Of a stretch of 55,797 bases of DNA, positions 26,570 to 34,834 are shown piece after piece (within the stretch, counting starts at the first letter, position 1; each line of letters begins with the position of its first letter). The notes under the pieces were generated by a model. That model worked only from the letters and a program-made list of their open reading frames with translations, ran no database searches and was not told the origin of the DNA. The stretch lies in the IMG/VR virus record IMGVR_UViG_3300032087_002848, positions 1 through 55,797 of that record; one strand, written 5' to 3'. The stretch comes from a virus. Lineage: Duplodnaviria; Caudoviricetes. A program made the position numbers and the translations under genes.

Positions 26570-26998
26570 TTATGTGGGGCATATCAAGTCAAAAATAACA
26601 TCCCATTGAAATGGTTGTTCACATCGAAAAACAGGCTCGACTGCTTCCAGCCCATCCATTTTTAAATCAACGGCAGCGTTTGCAGGATACAAGAAGCACT
26701 CCGCAGGCTCTGTCGGCTTGGTTTGTTTTTTAATCAGTATCCAACAACTGGCGTGACCATGCCTTGAGAGCCACGCTACTTGAGAAGGCTGCAAAGTCAC
26801 TGCGTTGCCCGTCAGGTATTTCAATTCGACAAAATGAAAGTTTCCGTCTTCATCGCAGATCATTAGATCGGGAATACCTGCACCCACCCAGTTCTCAATC
26901 CGCGTCAGCAATAATTTCCTCTTGGTCCGCTGCGCTGCTTCCTTCACCTGTTTGTAAAAGCCTGCTTCGCGCCTTGTTGCGATTGGAGGTGTTTTCAT
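26570..26998 (-). CDS. PD-(D/E)XK nuclease (VRR-NUC/Holliday junction resolvase-like)
   Basis: REAGFY..TRIEN..GIPDL..FVELK..Q.AW. Confidence 0.75.
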   Translation of the reverse strand: MKTPPIATRREAGFYKQVKEAAQRTKRKLLLTRIENWVGAGIPDLMICDEDGNFHFVELKYLTGNAVTLQPSQVAWLSRHGHASCWILIKKQTKPTEPAECFLYPANAAVDLKMDGLEAVEPVFRCEQPFQWDVIFDLICPT

Positions 26999-27518
26999 CT
27001 TTTTCTTCGGGGGTGATGTCGATTGTAATCGGGGCATAGCTGTTCTTTATCTCTTCTAGAGCTTTCAAAACGTCTTCTTTCGACATGCTATCGATAGAGC
27101 CGTGTCGGATTTCTGATTTGCTGACATAGATGTCGCCTTGAGCTTGGCCTCGCCTATACTCTGCCTGAACAGCGGCAGAATACGCCCCGTTCTCCAAAGC
27201 TATATCACGGATCAATTGCAGATCGCGCATGTGGCGTTGGTAAGTAACCCCGTACTTCTCATCGAGCTCCCGCCTGTAGGCTTGGATAGCGGCCACGACG
27301 TGAGGGGACATATGAGGATTGGTTAGCTCATACGCCCTAGAGTGCGCCGACCCCGCGGCATAGCCCGCGTTGATCGCGGCTTCTCTCAGGGTTATCTGCC
27401 CGTCTTTAGAGACAAGCTCTTTTACAAAAAGCTCCTGTTTCCGGGTCAGAGGTTGGGTTGCGGTTATCTTCTTTCTCCCGCGCGTTTCGCTCTTCGGGAG
27501 TGCTTTTGCCCGTGGCAT
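26895..27518 (-). CDS. terS: Terminase small subunit
   Basis: LTRKQELFVKE..EAAINAGY..A...AYEL..P.V..AI HTH pattern of TerS. Confidence 0.7.
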   Translation of the reverse strand: MPRAKALPKSETRGRKKITATQPLTRKQELFVKELVSKDGQITLREAAINAGYAAGSAHSRAYELTNPHMSPHVVAAIQAYRRELDEKYGVTYQRHMRDLQLIRDIALENGAYSAAVQAEYRRGQAQGDIYVSKSEIRHGSIDSMSKEDVLKALEEIKNSYAPITIDITPEEKDENTSNRNKARSRLLQTGEGSSAADQEEIIADAD

Positions 27519-27573
27519 ACATTTGCTCCGTTAAAAAGGTCTACTTAGACCCTCTAAATAACACGGTTTCTAC

Positions 27574-27821
27574 CTATATAGGAAGAAAATTAGTTTTCAG
27601 AAAAAATATTTTTTAGCCTTAGTAAGGCCGATTTTGATTTTTGTATTAAAGGTTACACCTGTAAAAACAAATAAGTTACCTCTTATGTAACCATTAAAAA
27701 TCTCTGTATCCCTTGTATATCAACGGTTACAGAGAGTGGTTACGTTAGTTACATCAGTTACGCCTATATTTTACCTAAAAATATTTTTTTTAATTTTCTC
27801 CCTATATAGTAAATTTGTTAC
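27574..27821. other. Putative replication origin: AT-rich, GTTAC iterons between imperfect inverted repeats
   Basis: 7x GTTAC plus 1x GTAAC; arms CTATATAGG(A/G)AGAAAATTA...AAAAAATATTTTT(T)AG at 27574-27616 and inverted at 27775-27809. Confidence 0.55.
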
Positions 27822-27861
27822 TTTAAAGACTGTTTAGGCGAACCGTGAGCCGCGGTTTATG

Positions 27862-28554
27862 TTATTTGTTTAATATTTTCTGATACGTTTCCAACATCTC
27901 AACGGCCTCGGACCATTCATACACGTTGTGCTCGCAGTATGGATCGTCCTCATCCTTGATTGATGATGGAGGGTAAACAAACACGTCACCGTATGTCCGT
28001 ATAAACTGCGTATCGAGGTCTGCGCCAATTTTCTTGGCTAGTCGATAGGCTTTGGACCTAGCGGCGGCGTTTGGGTCTTTTGGTTTTGAGACATCGAGCT
28101 CTGGTCTGGTTACGTTGTCGGAGACAAGTTCCCAAACATCTGATACCCGCGCCCGGCGTTTCACCCGTTTGTCCCTGATCGAGACGATGTCTCGAATGCG
28201 ACCACAAGTGTAACGTCGTCCACTAACTAGCTGCCAGTGGTTTCCCGCTGCAACTAGGAAGACCCGACCTTCGGTTCGATCTTCTTTCGTTGCTTTGAGC
28301 CAAGCGGCTAAAGTCGATTTGTATCGAAAACCCGGTTTGTGGAAATATTTGCTTTGGATGTTACAAGCTTTGAGGGCTCGAACCACCTGTCCCGAATACG
28401 TTCCCTTAACCCGGGTCACTCGACCGTTGCTTTGCAGCCGGATCAGCCGTGCGGCTTCCCCGGTTGTTAGGCTGGTTAAAGCCGAAATCACGGATGGCCC
28501 GCAATATCGGTTTTTGTCTTTCCCATCTTTGATGGGCCGTAATTTTAATTTCAT
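27862..28554 (-). CDS. Papain-fold, C39-like cysteine peptidase candidate
   Basis: YCGPSVISAL...GTYSGQVVRAL...FLVAAGNHWQLV. Confidence 0.45.
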   Translation of the reverse strand: MKLKLRPIKDGKDKNRYCGPSVISALTSLTTGEAARLIRLQSNGRVTRVKGTYSGQVVRALKACNIQSKYFHKPGFRYKSTLAAWLKATKEDRTEGRVFLVAAGNHWQLVSGRRYTCGRIRDIVSIRDKRVKRRARVSDVWELVSDNVTRPELDVSKPKDPNAAARSKAYRLAKKIGADLDTQFIRTYGDVFVYPPSSIKDEDDPYCEHNVYEWSEAVEMLETYQKILNK

Positions 28555-28603
28555 AGTAATACCTTCCCGTTGAAGGCTCACGGCTCACCTAAACAGTCGT
28601 TCG

Positions 28604-28649
28604 ATTCACAATGTCCAATAGCGTTCTATGTTCGAGGTCTCCCTCGAAC
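28604..28649 (-). promoter_or_regulatory. GNRA hairpin followed by boxA-like sequence (possible antitermination site)
   Basis: GTTCGAGG-GAGA-CCTCGAAC then GCTATTGGACATTGTGAAT in the 5' leader. Confidence 0.45.
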
Positions 28650-28694
28650 ACGAAAAAAGTCTACCAGATATGGGATAAATCGTATATAGCTAAA

Positions 28695-28703
28695 TGTGGA
28701 TAA
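28695..28703 (-). promoter_or_regulatory. DnaA box TTATCCACA
   Basis: Perfect 9-mer, intergenic, just downstream of the DnaA-domain-IV gene. Confidence 0.35.
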
Positions 28704-28777
28704 GTCTCATAAGTCATTGATAAATAAGGAAGTTTTATTTTTATCGAGTTTTGAGGGGTGCGACAAGTTGACGCACT

Positions 28778-29086
28778 TTAGCTCCGGCCCGTGGTCCGCG
28801 CAGTCAGATCGATGACCCGTTGGAAGGAGTCGATGTCTTTTATCTTTTTGAGGGATCGAAGGACGGTGGTGTGGTTGCATCCGACGAATCGTGCGATTTG
28901 GGCTGCGGAGTAACCCATGTGTTTATGCATGACGCCCATGACGACCCACCGGGCGTGGACGGCTTCGCGTCGTTCCCGGCGGTTTTTGCGTTGGACGATA
29001 TCTTCGAGGGGCACGTCATAATATTTGGACACGAAATTAAATATGATTTCGCGCCGTTCGGCGGGGAATAGGTAGGTATCTTCCAT
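28778..29086 (-). CDS. DnaA C-terminal (domain IV)-like HTH protein
   Basis: II..VSKYYDV...R.R...ARWVVM...GYS..QIARFVGCNHTTVL..LKKI resembles Bac_DnaA_C; start reassigned to MEDTY. Confidence 0.7.
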   Translation of the reverse strand: MEDTYLFPAERREIIFNFVSKYYDVPLEDIVQRKNRRERREAVHARWVVMGVMHKHMGYSAAQIARFVGCNHTTVLRSLKKIKDIDSFQRVIDLTARTTGRS

Positions 29087-29265
29087 CAGAACGGCACGAC
29101 CAGTTCGTGATCTAGTTTTGGATCGAGGGCCGTGAGCCGCGACCTGAGTACCGCGGCCCGTGCTGCGTCGCCATTCCAATCGGCATCGCTAGCTTCGATC
29201 TCCAGTTGTCGGCGGAGCTTGGCCTGAGTAGGCCAAGTGTCCGTGTTGCGTGGGTCAATCTGCAT
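29086..29265 (-). CDS. 59-aa hypothetical protein (absent from ORF track)
   Basis: MQIDPRN...EASDADWNGD...VVPF; TGATG coupling. Confidence 0.5.
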   Translation of the reverse strand: MQIDPRNTDTWPTQAKLRRQLEIEASDADWNGDAARAAVLRSRLTALDPKLDHELVVPF

Positions 29266-29494
29266 GTTTTTTGCTTTTGGTCCTTCGCCATTTCCAAACG
29301 AGTTCCCAAGTATGGGGCTGGTTTGCTTTTTTTCGGTGGAAGAGCCAGATGTTTTCTTTTCTGGCTTCGTCTATGTATCTCTGGATGATTTTGCGAGAGT
29401 TAGCTAATCGTAAGAAGTCGCTATCATCTTTGACGCCTTGGGCTATCCAGTGATAGCCGTTTCGTGGCGATTTAAGGGCAACTACTTTCCACAT
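29255..29494 (-). CDS. Hypothetical basic protein
   Basis: Overlapping operon arrangement. Confidence 0.45.
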   Translation of the reverse strand: MWKVVALKSPRNGYHWIAQGVKDDSDFLRLANSRKIIQRYIDEARKENIWLFHRKKANQPHTWELVWKWRRTKSKKHAD

Positions 29495-29685
29495 GTCTTT
29501 TCCTCATCTTCGGCAGCGCGGCAGGCGGCGTATACCATTGGGATGAGGCCGTTGGCTACTTTCCAATGGACGGACAGTTTTAGTCCGTCGCCTACTTTGA
29601 GGATGACGTTACCGCCGACATCGTTGTCGGCAAAAATAGATACATTGCCTAGATCGTTCATCAACTTAACCCCCCAGTCGTGCAA
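29482..29685 (-). CDS. Hypothetical protein
   Basis: Operon context; start uncertain. Confidence 0.4.
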   Translation of the reverse strand: MHDWGVKLMNDLGNVSIFADNDVGGNVILKVGDGLKLSVHWKVANGLIPMVYAACRAAEDEEKTCGK

Positions 29686-29875
29686 ATACGCGACGCAGTG
29701 CGTATGACCGCACTAGCGACAATACAAAGTATGAAAGAGTTATCCATGTCGCCGCCAACGGCGTCGGTTCGAGGCCGAAGAACGGCAGACATAGATAGGT
29801 GAAAAGCCATGATACCAGAAGGCCGATTACGGCGTTAGTCTTGGCCTCAATAAAACTCATTTTTTTGCTTTGCAT
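29666..29875 (-). CDS. Small two-TM phage membrane protein
   Basis: MQSKKMSFIEA.TN...S.VRSY.LRR.F conserved pattern. Confidence 0.6.
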   Translation of the reverse strand: MQSKKMSFIEAKTNAVIGLLVSWLFTYLCLPFFGLEPTPLAATWITLSYFVLSLVRSYALRRVFARLGG

Positions 29876-30138
29876 TAGTGCAACGGCCCCTCTTCGGAAT
29901 CCATCAAGTCTACTAAGATGGTGGCTTTTTTTATAGCGTGAGCTAGTTCTGCTAACATCATGGTATTGTCTGGGTTTCTGACGATCAGGCGGGTAAGCAC
30001 CGCGGTGATTGCACCGCTGAGTGTTGCATGTTCGTCAAAGCCTTCCTCCTCCAGTTCATTAAGCAAGTCGTTTACCTTTGCTCCCGTTTCGGCAAAGTCG
30101 AGATCCGGGTTCCTCACCCCCTTTGCACTCTCAACCAT
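29875..30138 (-). CDS. Hypothetical protein
   Basis: Coupled ORF. Confidence 0.45.
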   Translation of the reverse strand: MVESAKGVRNPDLDFAETGAKVNDLLNELEEEGFDEHATLSGAITAVLTRLIVRNPDNTMMLAELAHAIKKATILVDLMDSEEGPLH

Positions 30139-30293
30139 GCGGCTTGGATTTCAACGGCCCGGTCTATGGCATCGTGACCATACTTACCATCAGTAATGAT
30201 CCGTGATGCGTGGTCATTGATTACTTTATCGACCAGAGCGGTTGCGGTTTGCCAATCGAGGTCCTTGGCCTTTTCATCAACTCTATCAGTCAT
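30114..30293 (-). CDS. 59-aa hypothetical protein (absent from ORF track)
   Basis: MTDRVDEK...AWLRVQRG; GGAGG RBS. Confidence 0.5.
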   Translation of the reverse strand: MTDRVDEKAKDLDWQTATALVDKVINDHASRIITDGKYGHDAIDRAVEIQAAWLRVQRG

Positions 30294-30414
30294 CTTTTGC
30301 CTCCTCTTTAGGTTCTGGCCCTAGGATTATAACGTGTTCATCAAGCCAAGGTTTAGCTTTTTCTCCGAACTTTTTTTCGAGAGCTTCGCGCAGTTTTTCT
30401 TCAAGTGTCGTCAT
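30286..30414 (-). CDS. 42-aa hypothetical protein
   Basis: MTTLEEKLREAL...; GGAG RBS. Confidence 0.45.
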   Translation of the reverse strand: MTTLEEKLREALEKKFGEKAKPWLDEHVIILGPEPKEEAKDD

Positions 30415-30688
30415 TTGTTTTCTCCTCATAAATGGTGTTGTCGATTTCGAGATCGATGTCATTGTATTTGCAATATCCGATAACGCCCCACATCGCCTTG
30501 GCTGGTGCAAACCAGTCATAAATTAAAACGTGTGGCTTACCTTCATCGCAGATTACTAGATGCATCCAGTAATCCTTGTCACCGCTCCAAGCCATCAAGC
30601 GCCCATTGTCGGTGCTGGCGGTAAATTCCCCTGCTATTGCAGATATGTTGCTGATGGCCCAAACGGCGTCGCTCCAGTCCTTAATCAT
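30401..30688 (-). CDS. Hypothetical protein
   Basis: 95-aa ORF in an early operon. Confidence 0.5.
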   Translation of the reverse strand: MIKDWSDAVWAISNISAIAGEFTASTDNGRLMAWSGDKDYWMHLVICDEGKPHVLIYDWFAPAKAMWGVIGYCKYNDIDLEIDNTIYEEKTNDDT

Positions 30689-30869
30689 CGGAGCGTTCCC
30701 GGTTTAAAGTTGAGCGCAAATATTGTTCAAAGCCACGCTGAAAATCACTGTCAGCGGGATCTAGTTGAAATAGGTACAGCGCACCCGGGATATCGTAGAT
30801 ATCTCCGGTCTCTACTTGTTTGCGGGCTTCTCTCGCCCCACGCACAAAATCTACACTAATTACGCTCAT
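30681..30869 (-). CDS. Hypothetical protein
   Basis: DPADSDFQRGF motif; ATGA coupling. Confidence 0.5.
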   Translation of the reverse strand: MSVISVDFVRGAREARKQVETGDIYDIPGALYLFQLDPADSDFQRGFEQYLRSTLNRERSDD

Positions 30870-31015
30870 TCCTCTAACCCCCAAAAATGAATGGTTACAG
30901 TTCCTTTTTCGTCGTACTCGCTATCGATTTGCTTGTAACCGACGCTCGTACCGCTAAGAGCTTGTAATACTTTTTGAAAAAGCTCTTCTTCGCTTATCGT
31001 TTTTCCTGAGTTCAT
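30866..31015 (-). CDS. 49-aa hypothetical protein
   Basis: GGGAG RBS; first gene after a sigma70-like promoter. Confidence 0.5.
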   Translation of the reverse strand: MNSGKTISEEELFQKVLQALSGTSVGYKQIDSEYDEKGTVTIHFWGLEE

Positions 31016-31044
31016 CTCTTTCTCCCGTGGTATGAGATAACTCT

Positions 31045-31073
31045 TATATAATTGAACCACTAAATCTTGTCAA
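31045..31073 (-). promoter_or_regulatory. Sigma70-like promoter
   Basis: TTGACA-N17-TATATA, with an upstream hairpin terminator at 31079-31110. Confidence 0.6.
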
Positions 31074-31261
31074 ACAATAAAAAAAACCCCCGGAACCATG
31101 TTCCGAGGGCTTTCTTACTACGGGAAGCGTAGAACTGGAGGGCTCTACAAGACTCAATATAAGCGATTATATGCGAATTGCAATATATTTAGGTGATTTT
31201 TAGTGGATTATTTTTCCACAAGCCGTTAAAAAATTAACTTCGCTACAACGGGAGTAGTCCT

Positions 31262-31690
31262 TTGTATGCTTTTGATGCTGGTAAGCTAGGAGAATACCTC
31301 TGTGCCGCGGGGTTAATGCGTATGGGTGTGTCTTGCGAGATTGTAACCTTGGATACAATCGACATCATCGCCAACGTAGACAGGCAGTTAGTCAGGGTGC
31401 AGGTAAAATCTAGTAGCTTGAGGTCATATAAAAACGTAAAAAAGAAAGAATATTTTGGGTATCAGTTTTCTACTTCGTTTGGGGCGTTGCGAAAAACTCT
31501 AACTAAAGAGCATTGCGATGTCTTGGCCTTTGTGTCGATTGATAATGGCAAGATATACTTTGAGCCCATAGAAAACATAAAGAGGCAGAAAGCTAAACGC
31601 TTTCCACCCCCTGTGTTTGAAGAACCTGATTTAGAAAAAAGGACGTGGTCCGAGTGCATGAAGCGCCTTAATCTAACTCCTCCGGCCTGA
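31262..31690 (+). CDS. PD-(D/E)XK endonuclease
   Basis: GKLGEY...IDII...RVQVKS; GGGAG RBS with TTG start. Confidence 0.7.
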   Translation: MYAFDAGKLGEYLCAAGLMRMGVSCEIVTLDTIDIIANVDRQLVRVQVKSSSLRSYKNVKKKEYFGYQFSTSFGALRKTLTKEHCDVLAFVSIDNGKIYFEPIENIKRQKAKRFPPPVFEEPDLEKRTWSECMKRLNLTPPA

Positions 31691-31928
31691 CCCAGCCTTT
31701 TTCGAGCGCATCCCGCACAACAGCATCAGGATTAACCCACCCATTGCGTAATTTTCTTTTCGGTCCCCGTTTATAAGCCTGAACAGGCGCAAGAACTTCC
31801 AAGGTGGCATACCGGTGAAAACACTTATAACACTCCCGGTTTCTTCTTACTGAGCCGTCGTCCGTGCGCCGACTATTATAAACTATGCTTTTTGCATCAC
31901 ATTTTGGGCAAAGCAACGTAATCTCCAA
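31668..31928 (-). CDS. NrdR-N-like zinc-ribbon protein
   Basis: CPKC...NSR..DGSVRRNRECYKCFHRYATLE. Confidence 0.65.
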   Translation of the reverse strand: MEITLLCPKCDAKSIVYNSRRTDDGSVRRNRECYKCFHRYATLEVLAPVQAYKRGPKRKLRNGWVNPDAVVRDALEKGWVRPEELD

Positions 31929-32097
31929 TTGTTAATAGACAGTTTATACAGGTCACAGAGCCGTTGTCCGCGGGCTCTGGCAACTTAACTAAGCACTTCG
32001 GACACAAGCCCGCATTGAGGCGCTTCTGAATCACGCCCGGAGCGCCGAAGGTTTGGTTCCACTCTTCAGTTTGTGATTTCTTCGTCATTTTTCCCAC
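31897..32097 (-). CDS. Small zinc-ribbon protein
   Basis: CPKC...CINC. Confidence 0.5.
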   Translation of the reverse strand: MGKMTKKSQTEEWNQTFGAPGVIQKRLNAGLCPKCLVKLPEPADNGSVTCINCLLTIGDYVALPKM

Positions 32098-32507
32098 CTA
32101 TAAAAAATGTGATCGTCAATCCGCACGGTTTTAGTTTTACTAGAAGCCCATGCGGGTGTCACATAGTGGGCATGGTAATGCGTTGCGCCCTCAGTGGGGT
32201 CCAATTCGCGGTGATTGAGGGCTTCATAGGTAGCCTCAACGGCTTTTTTCCAAGCAAAGCCACTCAGCTTGGGCTTGTCCGGCTTGCCGTCGCAATAAAA
32301 ACTAAACTGACACTTATTTCGGACAGGAAAATCCTCTGTCCAAGAGTATGTAGGTCCCTGCTTTACCACGTCACATGCGGTGTTTGGGTATCTGCGGTCC
32401 TCAACCCTGTTCAAAATAACGTGGCCTACCGCAGCTTGACCAATTGCAGGCTGATCACGGGCCTCAAAATAGATGGCGGTGGCTATACATATAAAAGCTA
32501 AAGTCAT
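32085..32507 (-). CDS. Cell wall hydrolase, SleB/Hydrolase_2 family
   Basis: AIYFEAR..GQ.AV..VILNRV..CQFS.YCDG..GATHYHA..HIFY. Confidence 0.9.
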   Translation of the reverse strand: MTLAFICIATAIYFEARDQPAIGQAAVGHVILNRVEDRRYPNTACDVVKQGPTYSWTEDFPVRNKCQFSFYCDGKPDKPKLSGFAWKKAVEATYEALNHRELDPTEGATHYHAHYVTPAWASSKTKTVRIDDHIFYRWEK

Positions 32508-32584
32508 TTTACTCCCCGTATAAGATTAAGTAGTACTTATCCCATACACGGAGTAGAAAAACCTGTCAACATATAGTGGTTAAA

Positions 32585-32722
32585 CTAGCCCAAATTTTTG
32601 TAGGCTTCCCACATCACGCGAAGTTGTCCGCTAATTGTGCGGCCCTCAGATTTGGCGAGTTTTTTGATTTCTTCGTACACTTCAATGGGTACGAGAACCG
32701 ATTTCCATTTAGTTATGTCCAT
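32585..32722 (-). CDS. 45-aa ribbon-helix-helix (Arc-like) DNA-binding protein (absent from ORF track)
   Basis: KWKSVLVPIEVYEEIKKLAKSEGRTISGQLR; own promoter TTGCAA-N17-TATATT at 32755-32783. Confidence 0.65.
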   Translation of the reverse strand: MDITKWKSVLVPIEVYEEIKKLAKSEGRTISGQLRVMWEAYKNLG

Positions 32723-32785
32723 CGAATTAACCTAGATATTGTATGCTGTAAGCGAATATATAGGAGATATAGTATGGTTGCAAGT

Positions 32786-32817
32786 AAAAAAATGGCTCTA
32801 GACATAGCCTAGAGCCA
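32786..32817 (-). terminator. Terminator downstream of the DNA polymerase gene
   Basis: TGGCTCTAG/CTAGAGCCA stem plus U-tract. Confidence 0.65.
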
Positions 32818-32938
32818 AAATTGGGGAGGTTTAACCATGCAAGAAAAACTTAACGTCGGAGACGGTAAACTATAAAAAGAAGTAATGCAAGCTGTATTGC
32901 ATCTACCCACTCTAAAACAAAGCCTCCGGATAATGTCA

Positions 32939-34834
32939 TCATTCTGTTGCCTCTCCCCAGCTAGGCCCGATTTCAATATCGCACTTGCTGGGAACCTCTA
33001 ATGGTACAGCATTTTCCATAATTTGTGAAATGTTTTCAGCATCTGCCCTATCTTTTACAGAAATTGCGATCTCGTCGTGTATCTGTATGAGCGGAATACG
33101 GCCCTGTTCATAGATGTTGACCATTGCTTGCTTGGTCATATCCGCGGCAGACGCCTGAATAAGCCTGTTTAGGGCTTTATAGGTGTAAGCCCGCTTGAGT
33201 CGGGTGGTGTCACCATACTCTTGGATCGCTTCCTTGTATGGTAACGCCTTATTCATAGCGAAAGTATCGGGCTCCCAGAGGTCAAAACGGCACTTACGGC
33301 CCAAAATAGAGCGGATGGAGCCGCTTGAGCCGCGGTCATTGAGCCGATTCTGAACTCCGTTCATCAACCCTTTTACAAACGGGACGCGGTCATGGTACTG
33401 ACGGACAAGTCCCTTGGCCTCATCTACACTAATATCTAGCTGTTCAGATAGTTTGTTGACGCCCATGCCGTACATCATGCCAAGATTAATTGTTTTGGCC
33501 TGCTTACGGGGGATAGAGGCCATCTCTGCTACCATCGTATGGAAGTCCATGTCGGGATCATTGCGATAGGCATCGACAAACTCTTCAACTCCAGCCATCT
33601 GTTTGCCGCGGGATTTGCCATATACATACGAATAATGGACCAAGATCCGTGGTTCCTGTTGCGAGAAGTCAATTGCCGCCCACTGCTCATCTTCTTCCGG
33701 GAGGAAAAGACTACGAATCATGGGGCCAAGCTCTGGATCGCGGGCCGGGATTTGCTGCAAATTGGGGTTGGACATAGAAATACGACCACTGACCGTACCG
33801 CCATCATCCGACCTAATCTGATTAATATGCGCGTGTATCCGACCATCGGAGCGGCAGTGCTTCATAATAGTATTAATAAAAGTACCGCTCGTTTTATTCA
33901 GGTTGCGGGCTTTAACTATGAGCTGCGCCAGCTCGTGCGGGTGGTCAGACAGGAACGCTTTGGTAAAAGACGGCGCACCTTTTTCCGTTTTTGGGTACGG
34001 GATGCTCAATTTATCAAAAGCTTTGGCTATTGAGGCCGCGGCCCAGAGCTCCACGTCACCACCCGCCACGCTCTTAATCCGCTTTAGGATGTCTTTTTCC
34101 TGTTTGATAAGCAGGTTTCTGGTCCGTTCGACGCGGTCTTGGTCAACGCGGACTCCGCGCCATGTCATATCGATCAGGCACGGCAGAAGATTTAATTCTA
34201 GGTTTGCTATAGGCCAGATGTCTTCTTTAGTTAGTTGTGTAGATAAGTAGTTCCATAGATCGAGCGTGATCTCAGCGTCGTTCTGAGCGTATGGCCCAAC
34301 ATACATGGCAGGCATCTTCCACATCTCTGATTTTGGATCGAGGCCAAACTCTCTGGCGGCTTCTTGTAGGGTCTTTTCCTGTTTAATTTTGCCCAAAAGA
34401 TCGTAACAGAGTGCATTTAGGCTGTAGCTGAATCGGTTTTCGTCCAATAGCGACGCGATCAGCATCGTATCAATGATACGGCCATTAATCGTGAACCCCA
34501 TGCGCCTGATCCAACCTGCATCATACTGGGCATTGTGCATGATCTTGTCGGCGGGGCATTCAAATACTTTCTTGAGCCACTTGTTGACGATGCGTTCATC
34601 TAGATTGCCGCCACCTAGATGACGGACGGGTATATAACCCGCCCAATCGGCTACCGCTATCGCATAACCCACAACCTCGCCATCACCTGTAGGCCAACCG
34701 GGGCCGTTAGATTTGATGTTGGGGTCACGGGTTTCGACATCTATTGCAATTTGCTTTGCATCAAAGATATCGGGTAGTTCTGCCGGAGGAACCCATTCGC
34801 TCTTCGGGCCGAACATCGTCATTTGAAGTGCCAT
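32939..34834 (-). CDS. polA: DNA polymerase family A with 3'-5' exonuclease
   Basis: ExoI DVET, HNAQYD, NPNLQQIP, motif A DFSQQEPR, motif B RKQAKTINLGMMYG, motif C IHDE. Confidence 0.95.
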   Translation of the reverse strand: MALQMTMFGPKSEWVPPAELPDIFDAKQIAIDVETRDPNIKSNGPGWPTGDGEVVGYAIAVADWAGYIPVRHLGGGNLDERIVNKWLKKVFECPADKIMHNAQYDAGWIRRMGFTINGRIIDTMLIASLLDENRFSYSLNALCYDLLGKIKQEKTLQEAAREFGLDPKSEMWKMPAMYVGPYAQNDAEITLDLWNYLSTQLTKEDIWPIANLELNLLPCLIDMTWRGVRVDQDRVERTRNLLIKQEKDILKRIKSVAGGDVELWAAASIAKAFDKLSIPYPKTEKGAPSFTKAFLSDHPHELAQLIVKARNLNKTSGTFINTIMKHCRSDGRIHAHINQIRSDDGGTVSGRISMSNPNLQQIPARDPELGPMIRSLFLPEEDEQWAAIDFSQQEPRILVHYSYVYGKSRGKQMAGVEEFVDAYRNDPDMDFHTMVAEMASIPRKQAKTINLGMMYGMGVNKLSEQLDISVDEAKGLVRQYHDRVPFVKGLMNGVQNRLNDRGSSGSIRSILGRKCRFDLWEPDTFAMNKALPYKEAIQEYGDTTRLKRAYTYKALNRLIQASAADMTKQAMVNIYEQGRIPLIQIHDEIAISVKDRADAENISQIMENAVPLEVPSKCDIEIGPSWGEATE

